This document shows positions 26,901-36,656 of a stretch of 58,510 nt of DNA, piece by piece. How positions within the stretch are numbered: the stretch's first letter is position 1; each line of letters starts with the position of its first letter. The DNA comes from an uncultured Verrucomicrobiota bacterium (GTDB lineage: Bacteria > Verrucomicrobiota > Kiritimatiellia > RFP12 > UBA1067). Below the pieces are notes generated by a model. The model was given only the letters and a program-made list of their open reading frames with translations, was not told the DNA's origin and made no database searches. The position numbers and the translations under genes were made by a program. Where the stretch lies: assembly GCA_945834475.1 (NCBI GenBank), contig CAMAHK010000005.1:1-58510 (forward strand). The letters run 5' to 3'.

Positions 26901-27344
26901 CTGAAGATCGACGAGGAGCCGAGCTGGACGTTGGTTGTAATGAAACCGATAATATGCAACGCGTGCAGTTGCCGTGATCTCGACCCTCACGCCGAAATTC
27001 GTCAATGCGACGGCGTAATAGCCAGGTTCCGCCATTTCGCTCGTCACATCCTTCACGCCGCGCATATCCCAGACGGCAGATTCGCCCGAGAACGGCAGGA
27101 GGCGCACACTCCCTCCGGCAGGGCAACCGGTACCATTCAAATAATCCTGCGAGAAGCCGTAGATGCCAAGGTGGGATTTTCGATAGCCATTGCAGACAGA
27201 ACCGCCATCAAGAACCGTATCCGGACCGGGCTGAACCATGCCAAAGGGATGCGTCGGCCCAACAAGGCAATTCCCATTCCCCTCCGTGCCGACAAACGGA
27301 TTGACAAGCCCTACGACGAGCAAAAGCGCTGCGACAGACATCAA
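23919..27344 (-). CDS. GH92 alpha-mannosidase fused to a GH28 (polygalacturonase-like) domain
   Basis: VNPFVGT, PFGMVQPGPDT, STWDTYRA, CMIGNHS, YEHANEPGHH, GNEDCGQMSAW; then LRSNVELHL, NNDGFD, SGDDAFCLKS, KIGTAS. Confidence 0.88.
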   Translation of the reverse strand: MMSVAALLLVVGLVNPFVGTEGNGNCLVGPTHPFGMVQPGPDTVLDGGSVCNGYRKSHLGIYGFSQDYLNGTGCPAGGSVRLLPFSGESAVWDMRGVKDVTSEMAEPGYYAVALTNFGVRVEITATARVAYYRFHYNQRPARLLVDLQAGLVHRPDATIHNHVTNAMSRLNADGRSLEGCNHTQAWISRTCGFAVRFNRMWTRAERLLRNPGEKADRYVLDFDLREGEPLEVRVALSNHDEIGARRNLAAEGGGSFDAVRAAACAEWERWLSRCSVSGADETSLRVFYTALYRAFQQPNEMEDDGASRFSTFSTWDTYRAAFPLYTIFAPELSGRFVASMLRSYRERGYLPVWEYVGSENFCMIGNHSVPCVVDAYLKGVDGFDRDLAFEAVTNSLTVLHPGKRKEDWPMLDEFGYYPIDRIGREPVSRLLEYCYDASCAARMSAARGLSAVAADFSRRSHLWTNNYDSAYGLVRGRDATGRWRFPFDEFRRANETNPYDCTEADAWVYTFNAQHDVERQIELAGGRDAFVAKLDRFFAHPVSAVTGELRLRVFETNEGAPPFGRYEHANEPGHHIAYLYALAGRPDRTAEVVRMICRTYYTGRADGCCGNEDCGQMSAWYVFSCLGFYPCDPCGGDYVIGAPQLPEVRLRLPKGKVLTVVARGLSEKNLFVRRVTLNDREILGPVLRHDDLMKGGLLVFEMTDSLGRDRLFGPTETSHWQAMIDAAAKRGGRVDIPPGRHPVGQLSLRSNVELHLQKDSVLEGVVGLENYQTTNLPFSERTWCAVVSAVGVTNVSVTGIGEIYGNGRAWPQPKDCRGGGELGRPCGIFFANCRNVRLGDFLLRDAASWGVVFKCCENVVARRVRIDSHANANNDGFDIEARNVLIEDCDVDSGDDAFCLKSNDPGFVMENVTVRRCVGRSNCNAFKIGTASHGSVRSVLFENCRTEAPRRDFISRVGPHRGEPWFLYNRTREWPGGPEELAGMAGIAIECVDGGEVSGITCRGFDIKGMMVPIFVRGGTRTGRSCGTPPSNRRILRDILIADVKAVAESFVASSITGVEGCRPRDVRLENVTLVCKPGKSPPAANPVPEREGNYPEGNTFGMLPTRGLYIRHADNVMLKDVRIIGAEGKDVVCDDVVGCR

Positions 27345-27580
27345 AGAACAACCTCCTTGCCCGGTCCTTCGTAAACAAGCCGCCCGTCAACCGTGACACG
27401 CATCTTGACAGCGGAGAAGCGAATGTCAACGGAACGTCCCCGGTGGTGATAGCCACGCACATAGCCATCGGGCGCCGTGCAACGACGCAGATCAAGCGCA
27501 AGCGATTCAGCCGTGAAATCAACGGCCAAGACCGCGCAAAAGGCCCACAAGCCAAGGCAAACCAGGAAAATGCCTTTCAT
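27341..27580 (-). pseudogene. 79-aa signal-peptide mini-ORF, probable internally deleted CAZyme remnant
   Basis: Signal peptide followed directly by a beta-rich C-terminal-like segment; overlapping stop/start codons on both sides. Confidence 0.4.
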
Positions 27581-29591
27581 TGCGCGTTCCCCGCTTCAAG
27601 AGTCGCCTGCGCCCAGATGCCGCGCGGAAGCATCAGTTGTCCGTTTTTACAGCTTAACGGAATTGAATCTACATCAAGATGCCCCCTTACCGCCTCCATT
27701 GCCAGCCGTGGTCGCCTGACGACAAAGGACCAGCCACCGTTTTGAATTCCGCGCAACCCAACGGCAGGAAATCCGCACGACTCCCCGCCATCTTCGTCAA
27801 GCCCTGTGCGACTCAACGCGATTCGCCTTGATTTTCCAAGCGGCAATCCATCAAGAGACACGACGACAACCGTCGCAAATTCAACCGAGCCAGCGGCACG
27901 GTCCAGATTTTCAATAAGAAGGTGAGGGAATTCCCTATAAGGCCGCTGATGCGTCTTCCCGGAGAACGCCTCGACACACGGCGCGGACACGAGCAACTGG
28001 TGGCGAATGGTGTCGCGCACCAGCTCGTCCGTGTCGGAGACAAAGATTCCAGCAGTGGACGGCGGCGCGGGAGGCGCTGACACGCCAACACGATCCCGAA
28101 CATCCGCCTTCCGGAAAACCTTGCCGTAACCGCAGACCGACGCAGCGCCGTCAAACGGTAGTCTGACGCCAGCCCGCATCAAATCCCCATAATTGGACGC
28201 CCCCACCGGCAAGACGGGCTCCAATCGTTCGAACCTCCGCGCCGGCGACACCAGCCCCCTGCGAAAAATATACCCGCAAAGCGCAAAGTGATCAAGCATC
28301 TGCCCGTCTTTAACCAGAGAACCCAGGCTTGCTTCCCGCCCTTCCGCCTTGGCACTCCAGTCAATGGCGCTTACATCCTTGTCGCCGTGTTGGTAGGCGA
28401 ACCATGTGATGCCATCCAGATTCTGAAAACAACCGTAAGCTGCGGCATGAATCGGCAACATCGTCCGAACCTGACGCTTTGCTACGATGTCCTTGCCGCC
28501 CTCTGAAATGTTGAATTCGCCGAGAACATACGGCATGGTCAGGACCTTGTCCGAACCATTTTTTCATCCAGCCAATCGTCAGGGCTGCGCACGACCAGCG
28601 GATCTACATAAGCATGATCTTCAACGTAGTCTCCGACCCGAGACTGCCATTCCAATGCATCCTCGCCTCGCCACAGATTGCTGTAGCAGATCGCCGCGTG
28701 ACAACCAAGCGAGCGGACGAACCCCACCATGCGCTTGCCGTAGTCCTCGTCCACTGACCGGTAGAAGTCCGCCCGCAACCTGAGGTGCTCGGGCTTGCGA
28801 ACCTTTCTGAACTCCGGGACGTCCGCGACTCCGTGCGCAACAGCATACCTCCTCCAACGCGCCTGTATTTTTCGCTCAAAATACTCTGGAAACACATTGC
28901 CGCAAACGAGCGCATAGGCAAACGAACTTTCATTCACGATCTCGAGCGTCAACACCTGCGGATCCTCGCCATAAGACCTTCCTGTATGCGGATTCCGATG
29001 GAGAAGCAGTTCCTTCGTAAACTCACGCTGGAGCAGCTCGCAACGCTCATCGACCATCGGCAGAAGTTTTCGGACGTCAATCGACTTCTGCCAAGGACGG
29101 GAATTCAGTTCCTTGATCGCCGCCGTCCACTCCTCGGCGTCTGCGCCCGGGAGGATGCGAACGTCGCCCGGCAGGAACATCCGGCTGTTGTGCAATGACA
29201 ACTGCAAATAGATGCCTTGTCTTGCTAACGCCGCATTCAGCGCATCGAACGACTCCCAGGCGACGGGGTCCGGCGTTCGGGAGTCCTCCTTAAGCAAGGA
29301 AAGCCCCGAAACAGGAGATTGCCAGACCCAGTCTCGGCTCGGCCGCAGAAGATGATGCGGACGGACAAGATTCACGCTCATGCTCCGCAGACGTGATGCT
29401 ATCTTCTCCACGGCGTTGGTCGGAGGAAATGCAGACACCATGTTGACCCCCCAGAAACGGACAATTCGACCGTCGGCATCAACAAAGTGCCCGTCTTTTG
29501 CGACAATGCGCGGCAAGGATTCCGACCATCCAGCCAAAACGCAGGCAAAGACTACAAGGGCACCGACTACGAACGAGTTCTTGATCCTCAT
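27577..29591 (-). pseudogene. Secreted clan GH-A (GH5-like) glycoside hydrolase split by a frameshift near 28545
   Basis: ORF 28539-29591 (VRFWGVN, NLVRPHH, NPHTG.SY..DP, EIVNE, DHAY) continues in ORF 27577-28536 (PYVLGEFN, DGITWFAY). Confidence 0.7.
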
Positions 29592-29607
29592 ACCAGGCTC
29601 CTCTGAA

Positions 29608-31489
29608 TCAACGGAGAATTATCATGCGACCCGAACCGACGCTGGTGACCACGTACGAAAGCGCCCCCTCCGCCAGTACGAGTCTCCCCGTGCACCGGTT
29701 AGGCGGTATGACTTCGAACGCTTCCTCCGTAATTCCCGTGATAACGGCTTTTTCCGAATTCCAAGACAAAAGAGGATAGACCCCGCGAGACGGCGTGACA
29801 CCATCGGGGAATGACAACTTGAGCGTCACACCGGCAAGCCCACCGTCCGTTTCAAGGCTTGCGAAATCATTTGTCAGCGCAACACCCCCGTTCGGCGTGA
29901 GCGCCAGGTCAATCTTCGACCCCTTGTCAAGCTTCAGATTCCCTCCGAGCGAAAGCCCCTCCGACACATCCAAGACCCCGCCGGCCCCCACCTCAACCGT
30001 TGTGGCGCCGGACTGAATCAGCGCCCCCGGAACGGACGCCCCGTCAGTCAGCTTCAACGTCCCACCATTAAGATAGGTCGCACCCGTGTAAACCTGCTGG
30101 CCCGCCAGGGTCAGGATGCCCACCCCGCCCTTGACGAGCGTGAGCGGAATGTCGCCGTTGTCAACAAGTGAACCCGAAAACACCATGTCGTTAAACGCAT
30201 GAAGAAAAAGCTCTCCCGTCGCATAGCCGGACTTGAACGTGCCACCCGTAATGCTCGCGCCGTCCTTGGCGGTGGAAATCAACGCTCCGGACTGAAGCGA
30301 GACCGTCCATCCCGAATAGTCAAGCGCATCGCTCACGGCAATGTTAAGGCTTAACGGCGAAACGTCCTTCACCGATTTGATCTCCCCAGAATACGTCTTG
30401 ATCAGATAATGGACATCGTCTCTCAGGTTGTTAGGCCGGTCATCCTTGGTCGACACCTGTGATATCGTTCCTCCGGTCCCGACCTTAGCAAGATTGGAGC
30501 CGTTAAAGACAAGCCAACCGCCCCCCCCAGTCCTCGCCATCCGCCTCTCCGGTGAAGACTGCACTCAGCCCCCCATTCCAACTCACGGGAAAATCAATCG
30601 TTCCGCCAAGTCCGTCACGTCGGATCGACTTGAAGGAAAACGACGAGCCGGAATTGTACCCGCGAATCGCAGAATATCCGGCACCCACGACAAGATCATC
30701 CGCCTCAATCGGACTGCCTGGCTTGCCGTTCACGAAGATCGATCCGCCTCGAAGAATCAACGGCTTGCTCTTGTCAAACGGATTCGCATCCATTGTTGCC
30801 TGTGAGTAACCGCCAAAAGACAAGGCCGCACCGTTTTGAACCGTAATCGAACCGTTGACGAGAGAAGGCTTCGACAGCGAGAAAATCACCCGCTTGCCCG
30901 AACCGGACAGAACACCCGGATCCGACATTCCGCAACCGTCAAAGACCAGTGGCGTCAACACTTCGTCCGCACTCGACAGCCCGCCGTCGATCCAAACCGT
31001 GCCAGTAGAATTGTTGCTCGACAATCTGAACGCCCGCCAGACCTGCGCGGCACCAAGGGCAACCGACGACTTGAACTGGAGATGCGAATTTGGGGACAGA
31101 ATGCCGTCTGTGACGCCCCCTGACCCGACGGTGAATGCGTCGCCGTCGAAAATGACGTATATCCACGAAGGAATCTCGCCCCTCGTCTCAAGCGCATGAC
31201 ACCCAACGACCCCTGACGAGGCGTCGACATTCACCGTTGCCGAGGCCCAGGCGCCCGACTGCATCGTCACGCGCACGACATCCGAGTTGTCAGACCAAAC
31301 CTCGCGCGTCACGCCACCATCCGATGTCCAAAGCGCAGTCCGTCCAAAATCCCACGTTCCGCCAGGATATGCGCGAAGCGTCGAAGCTCCATCATCCCAC
31401 TCTTCCATGATCTTCGAATAAGACAATCCCGGCACAAAAATAAGCGCAATGACGAATGCGCCACATCGACTCGCATGCCTCAATTTCAT
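29608..31489 (-). pseudogene. Secreted autotransporter-associated beta-strand repeat protein, frameshifted at a G8 tract (30521-30528)
   Basis: Signal peptide MKLRH..GLSYS; LVKGGVGILTLAGQQVYTGATYLNGGTL repeat; deleting one G joins ORFs 30503-31489 and 29608-30564. Confidence 0.7.
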
Positions 31490-31522
31490 TTTTTCAGGAC
31501 CCTTTCTGCCTATAGCGCAGGA

Positions 31523-31531
31523 ATTATACCA
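31523..31531 (-). promoter_or_regulatory. Extended -10 promoter for the 31.5-23.9 kb CAZyme operon
   Basis: TGGTATAAT; SD AAAGG downstream. Confidence 0.55.
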
Positions 31532-31755
31532 CAACCCCGCGCGGAACAGGGGAATGTCTGCGCATTTAATATAGGAACTGATTCGCAATCTGCTGAATCA
31601 CTTCGCCGTTGCGATGCGGGCGATCAGGTCATTCACCCAGAAAATCGCCTCATCCAAAAGGAACGGAATGATGCCGACACCCCATCCGCGGCCAATCACC
31701 AACCCTTCGGGCTCGACTATGCCGAGGGATATTCCGCGGGCGGCTCTCGAGGCTG

Positions 31756-32916
31756 TCAGTGCTTCGCCCGCCAGCGGGCGAGGGACATGCCGGTCGCCTT
31801 GGTGAAGACGGCCCGAAGAGAGCGACAGTCGCGATAGCCGCACTTGAGGTAGATGTCGTTCACGTTGAGCTTGCGGTCCGTCAGGAGCTCCTTCGCGCGG
31901 GCGATGCGCACGGCGATGATCTCGTCCCGGATCGAGCGCTTCGCGACTTCCCGGAAGCGCAGTTCGGCCGTGCGGACCTTGAGCCCCATCTCGCGGATGA
32001 CGTCCGCCGCCGTAATGCCATCACAGGCATGCTGCCGCACATACTCGACCGCCCGCACGGCGCGGATGTCCACTCGTTCGGTCTTGCGCGTCGAGTGACG
32101 TCGCTCAAGCGGCGTCGAGCCGAACGAAAGGACGACTGGCTCAAGATCCGACCTACGGAAGCGCCGTGCGAGAAGTCCTGCCGCAAGGCGACCCGAGCGC
32201 ACGAAGTCCGGCGCGACGCTGGAAAGCGTCGGCACCGTGTTCTCGCAGACAAGCTCGTCGTTGTCGACGCCCATCACGGCCATCTCCTCAGGCACGGCAA
32301 TCCCCGACCGCGTCGCCGCGCGCAACACGTGCACGGCCATCTCGTCATTCGCCGCGAGAACGCCGCAGGGTTTGGGCAAGGAAGCCACAAACGCATCGAG
32401 CCGCCGTGCGAACGCCGCACTGTCCTCGTTTTTCGGTCGGTTCCACGAGTCGAACGCCACAACGACCTTGCCCCGAGCGGACAGTTCCTGACGGAAGATC
32501 GCCTCCCGTTCAATCGACCACTCACGACGCGTCCGATAATGGACGAAGCCATAGGCATCGAAGTGCCGCATGAGCAATTCACGTGCCGCCTTCTTGACAA
32601 CGTCGACCGAATCATGCCGCACGCCGAAGTAACGCGAACCGACCACCGCCGCATCCACGTCGCAATAGACAACCTTTTGGTCTGCGAAGTCTCCGACGGC
32701 ACAGCCCCTGTGCCGAAAGACCCCGCCCTCAACGATCACACCGTCCGGCTTCCAGTAATCAAGGACGGGGCGAATGCCATGACCAAGTTCTCCGACATCG
32801 ACAGACTCGACTTGCCAGTCTTCATGCCGCGCCACGGCATAAACACCCGCCAGCCGCCGTCGCCACATCATAAACGCGCTTTCGTAGATATAGAGAACCG
32901 TCTTCACCTGCCACAA
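31756..32916 (-). CDS. XylR-type transcriptional regulator (LacI-like ligand-binding domain + AraC HTH)
   Basis: WSIERE..F, LPKPCGVLAAND, VPEEMAVMGVDNDE, PTLSSV, R.A.AKELL, CGY...L...F...TG. Confidence 0.88.
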   Translation of the reverse strand: MWQVKTVLYIYESAFMMWRRRLAGVYAVARHEDWQVESVDVGELGHGIRPVLDYWKPDGVIVEGGVFRHRGCAVGDFADQKVVYCDVDAAVVGSRYFGVRHDSVDVVKKAARELLMRHFDAYGFVHYRTRREWSIEREAIFRQELSARGKVVVAFDSWNRPKNEDSAAFARRLDAFVASLPKPCGVLAANDEMAVHVLRAATRSGIAVPEEMAVMGVDNDELVCENTVPTLSSVAPDFVRSGRLAAGLLARRFRRSDLEPVVLSFGSTPLERRHSTRKTERVDIRAVRAVEYVRQHACDGITAADVIREMGLKVRTAELRFREVAKRSIRDEIIAVRIARAKELLTDRKLNVNDIYLKCGYRDCRSLRAVFTKATGMSLARWRAKH

Positions 32917-32941
32917 TCTTTCACAACAAAGTCCACGGGGA

Positions 32942-33742
32942 TCACCTGGTCGCCTTCAAGCTAACGCCCGAGGGGACAGTCCCCAAATCGAGTTCGTAGA
33001 TGTCTCCCCGCAGACCGTCCCCCGCCCGGACCTGCCGCACGCCGCGCACAGGCGTCGAGAGCTCAAGCGCAAAGTGAATCTCGTAGCCGTTCCAGATCCA
33101 CATCTTGCGCGACCCTGTCACCGTCGTCGGCGTCGGGAAATCGCAGGTGGACGAAATCACGTACTTGCCCCAGCAGTCGCCGCTCCCGGGATTCGAAATA
33201 CCCCAGTCGAGGTCGAGGAGAAGCTTCACGGACTGCGCGTCCGTCGGCACGCGGAAACGATACGCGGCCGAATGCGCAAGGGCCGCGACCTCACAGTCGA
33301 TTCCACGCCCCTTCTCATCGATCGTCACCGCATACGAACCGGGCGCGGCGCGTTCCGTCGCCTTCACAATGAAGTCGACATGGTCCCAGTAGTCGTTGTC
33401 CGGCCCTTCCACAACGATCGGCTCGGGATCCTTCGCACCCTTCGCAAAGCCGAACGGCTTGTGTCCGTACGCATTCGGCACATTGACGCCGTCGAGCTCC
33501 GCAATCGCCACCGCCTGCACGACCGTGAAGCCCAGCCGTGCGCGGTTGTCGAGATAGCGAACCGCTTCCTCGCGGTCGAGTCGGTGGAAGAGCTCCCACG
33601 CCGTATCCCCCAGCCAGAAGAACGGTTCGCCCTTTCCCGTCATCAGGTAACGGCCCTCGGGATGAACCTTCAGCTCCGGCGTCGCCGCCAGAGCAAGACC
33701 GGACAAGCCCACCACTCCAATCATCAACACACGATTCATCAT
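32942..33742 (-). pseudogene. Chimeric remnant: DUF4038-like N-terminus joined to a GH92 N-terminal-domain fragment
   Basis: GEPFFWLGDTAWELFHRL..YLDNR...GFTVVQ..YWDHVDFIV then ERAAPGSYAV..EVAA..SAAYRF..LLLDL; no catalytic core. Confidence 0.6.
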
Positions 33743-33770
33743 CTGTCACTCCTCCACCTTGAAGGAAACG

Positions 33771-35090
33771 CTACATGTCTTTTATCGAGAAGCTACGATA
33801 AGAGACGGTGCGCGACCGTTTTTCCGGGTTCTTCTCGAAGAACGCCTCGGCTTTCACCCGCAAGACATCAAGCTTGATCCGATCGGCATCGCGCTTGATC
33901 TCGACAAATTCCAAGGTGTCGTTAAATTCGTTCTCGCCCACGCAATCAATTTCATTCTCCCCCTTACGATCCCACCAACCGCCAAGGCGAGAGTAGCGAT
34001 GCTCGCCAATCGACTTTTGCCGGAAGTAATCCTCCAGCGCCTGCCCTGAAAAGACATCGTAATCCCGCTCGACAAGTCCCTTTAACTCGTCGAACATCTC
34101 CACCTCCAGAAGATACCCGTACTTGAAGATGAAACGAAACCAGAATCTAAAGAAGCAGTCATCGATTCGATACAGGCAATTCTTCCGCTCGTTTGCCTCG
34201 AAGATCGGCTGCTTCTTCGCGATGAGCGCATAGTGGCGTTCCAGTTTGGTCAGATAGCCACTGACCTCGCTACCGCACGCCGTCTCAATGCGATCGCGGG
34301 ACGTCTTTCCCGCCGCAATCGCGGAAAGGATCGTGAAGTAGGTCGCATAGTCCTTGCCAAACTCTTCAATGAGAACAACCTTGCCTTCATCAAAGAAGGC
34401 CGAGTTCGGACGCACGATTTCGGCAATCATACCCTCTTTCGTCACAGCCCTTGCATCCATCAGCAACGCCACATAACGGGCGACGCCACCCGTAAAGGTC
34501 CAAAGCGCCAGCAAATCTTCATTCGTATAGGAGGGATTGTGAAAGGTCAGAATCTCCTTCATGACAGGCACAGAGAACGGCGCCAACTTGATCCGCCCCG
34601 TATTGCGTCCGTAAAGCGGAGCCTCGCGATCCTCGAAGATCTGGCTCATCAGGCGATTGATGCTACCGCTAACGACAAGGTTCAGCTTTGCCCGAGAATG
34701 AAACGCATCCCAGTCACGAGAAATCTCGCTGAAAATCGATTCATCAACCTTCATGAAATCCTGAAACTCGTCAATCACCAAGGTTAATGGACGCGCACAC
34801 GCCTCTTCGCAAATGAAGCGGAAGATTTCCGAAAACCGTTCGATGCGTCCCGGCACGGCACGTCCCAGAACCTTCTCGGCAATCTCCTTGAACTCTGCAC
34901 AAAGATTGACCTGGGTCTTTCGGGAAACATAGAAGTAGATATAGGACTCGTCCGCATAAGCCTGTTTGACAAGCTCCGTCTTGCCCACACGCCGCCGCCC
35001 CGTCAACACCGTAAACCGCGCGGCCTCACGCGAGACCTCCCGAATCTTACGGAGCTCTTTGATCTCACTATCTCTACCAAAAAACTTCAT
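33771..35090 (-). CDS. ATPase_2 (archaeal-type P-loop ATPase) + DUF234 PD-(D/E)xK-like domain protein
   Basis: F.GR..E, GRRRVGKT, LVIDEFQ, PLYGR, FTGGV, D.FFRFWF, WWDRKGENEID..E.K; start re-called at MKFFGR. Confidence 0.88.
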   Translation of the reverse strand: MKFFGRDSEIKELRKIREVSREAARFTVLTGRRRVGKTELVKQAYADESYIYFYVSRKTQVNLCAEFKEIAEKVLGRAVPGRIERFSEIFRFICEEACARPLTLVIDEFQDFMKVDESIFSEISRDWDAFHSRAKLNLVVSGSINRLMSQIFEDREAPLYGRNTGRIKLAPFSVPVMKEILTFHNPSYTNEDLLALWTFTGGVARYVALLMDARAVTKEGMIAEIVRPNSAFFDEGKVVLIEEFGKDYATYFTILSAIAAGKTSRDRIETACGSEVSGYLTKLERHYALIAKKQPIFEANERKNCLYRIDDCFFRFWFRFIFKYGYLLEVEMFDELKGLVERDYDVFSGQALEDYFRQKSIGEHRYSRLGGWWDRKGENEIDCVGENEFNDTLEFVEIKRDADRIKLDVLRVKAEAFFEKNPEKRSRTVSYRSFSIKDM

Positions 35091-35102
35091 ATAATCAAAA
35101 TA

Positions 35103-35150
35103 CAATCACAAACTGCCGTTTCCGAACCAGCCATTTGCGCATATTATACA
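35103..35150 (-). promoter_or_regulatory. Promoter (TATAAT) with 15-bp-period operator-like units upstream of ATPase 1
   Basis: CAATCACAAACTGCC / GTTTCCGAACCAGCC / ATTTGCGCATATTAT; similar array upstream of ATPase 2. Confidence 0.45.
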
Positions 35151-35168
35151 CTGAATTGCGCTCTCTTG

Positions 35169-36527
35169 TCAACGCAACAAAGCGAAACTGACGGAAATGA
35201 CCTGTTCGCCAGATTCCGGTGCAATCATCGAGAAGGAGACCTGCTGCGCGCCGCCGTTCGGCGTGTTGAGCGGATGCGGACCTTCGGCGGGGGCGATTTT
35301 CCACTCGACCGCCGTGGGAGCCGTCACACGAAGGGTCTTCCCGCCGTCCGTCAGCGTCAGAACGTTGCCTTGGGCTGTTGCCTGCGCGCGTGTGATCATC
35401 TGCCAAGTGACAACTGCGCCCGGATTCCAGACGAGCGGCAGTTTGTCGCCGGAAGCCTTCGTGATCGTCGGATCGGCCCACAGCACCTCGAGCGGCGGCA
35501 ACCAGCCTTCCGCACCCTTCCGATGCGGTGCGCGAAGTGCATAGATTTCCTTCTCGCCGATGACGGAGGGATTCCCGAAACGCTTCGCGAACCACCAGAG
35601 GACCGTGTTCTCGCCGCGCTTGTCGGACGTGTCGGAGGTGCCGACCGTACGTCCCGAGGGACCCGTCACCATCACCGGATACATCCCCGCTGCCCGGAAG
35701 CCGGGCTGATCGCAGAGACCGAAGTCCGTGCCGCACGTGTGCTCGAGCAGGGCGATCGCGAAGACGTTGTAGCTCATGCCGTAGTGCCAGTAGCCGGGAC
35801 CTTCCGGATAGCAGCCGTTCGGCGCCAGGACCGCCATCGACTTCGGAAGCCCCTTGACGCACTCCTCGAGCATGTTCGCCGCGTCTTCGGGATGCCGCTC
35901 GCCCAGCGCGAGCGCCGCCCCGATGAGACCGCCGCGGCAGACCTGTCCCCAATTATTCGTCATCTTCTTCCAGCCGAGCGGCTGAAGGCCGACCTGAAGG
36001 CCAAGACGGTTGAGCCCCGCAGCGATTTCGTCGCGCGACGCGGCGGAGAGTCCGTCATACAGCCAGTCGTAGCCAATCGCGACGGCGAGCGTCATCTCGC
36101 CAACGTCGAGGAAGTGCGAGGGATTCCAGTCCGAGAACGCGCACACGGCCTTCAGCTCGCGCTCGCCACGCTCCAAGTACTTGCGCTCGCCCGTCAGGCG
36201 GTACGCCATTGCGAGATGCGAGAGGCGATAGAGCGCCTTGCGCGAGACGCCCAGAAGTCGCCGGCCGATCTGTTCGCGCGTCAGCACAGGCTTGCCGAGA
36301 AGATCGTCCGCCCGCGCGAGTACGCGCTGCGCGGCATACGCATTCGGCGTACCAGACTCGCGCAAATACGCCTTCGCCGCCTCAAAGTCATCCGCCGACG
36401 CGAAGAGCCGAGGATGCGGCAGCTTCGCCGCGTCCGCAACAGCCTTTTCAAATTCCGGCGCCGCCGCAAACGCGAGCATCGACGCGCCGGCCGCAATCGC
36501 GGCAACTGCCAATACGAGTTTCTTCAT
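35169..36527 (-). pseudogene. Heparinase II/III-like secreted protein, apparently with an internal in-frame deletion
   Basis: HPRLF, WNPSHFLDVGEM, NNWGQVC, YPEGPGYWHYG present; the usual central H.H.D.GSF region is absent before the C-terminal strands. Confidence 0.55.
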
Positions 36528-36656
36528 TTCGCCTCCTTGATTCGGATGAGATTCCTGCCCGGCACAGCCCGGTAATTGTCACCAAACGCCTTTCGTACGT
36601 TTTTCGTACAACTCGGCCCCGTAAATTCAAGACCACCCGAGGCCTATCTGCGAATT

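Noticed and set aside
31598-31755. ORF downstream of the XylR-type regulator
   Set aside because: No credible start or family signal.
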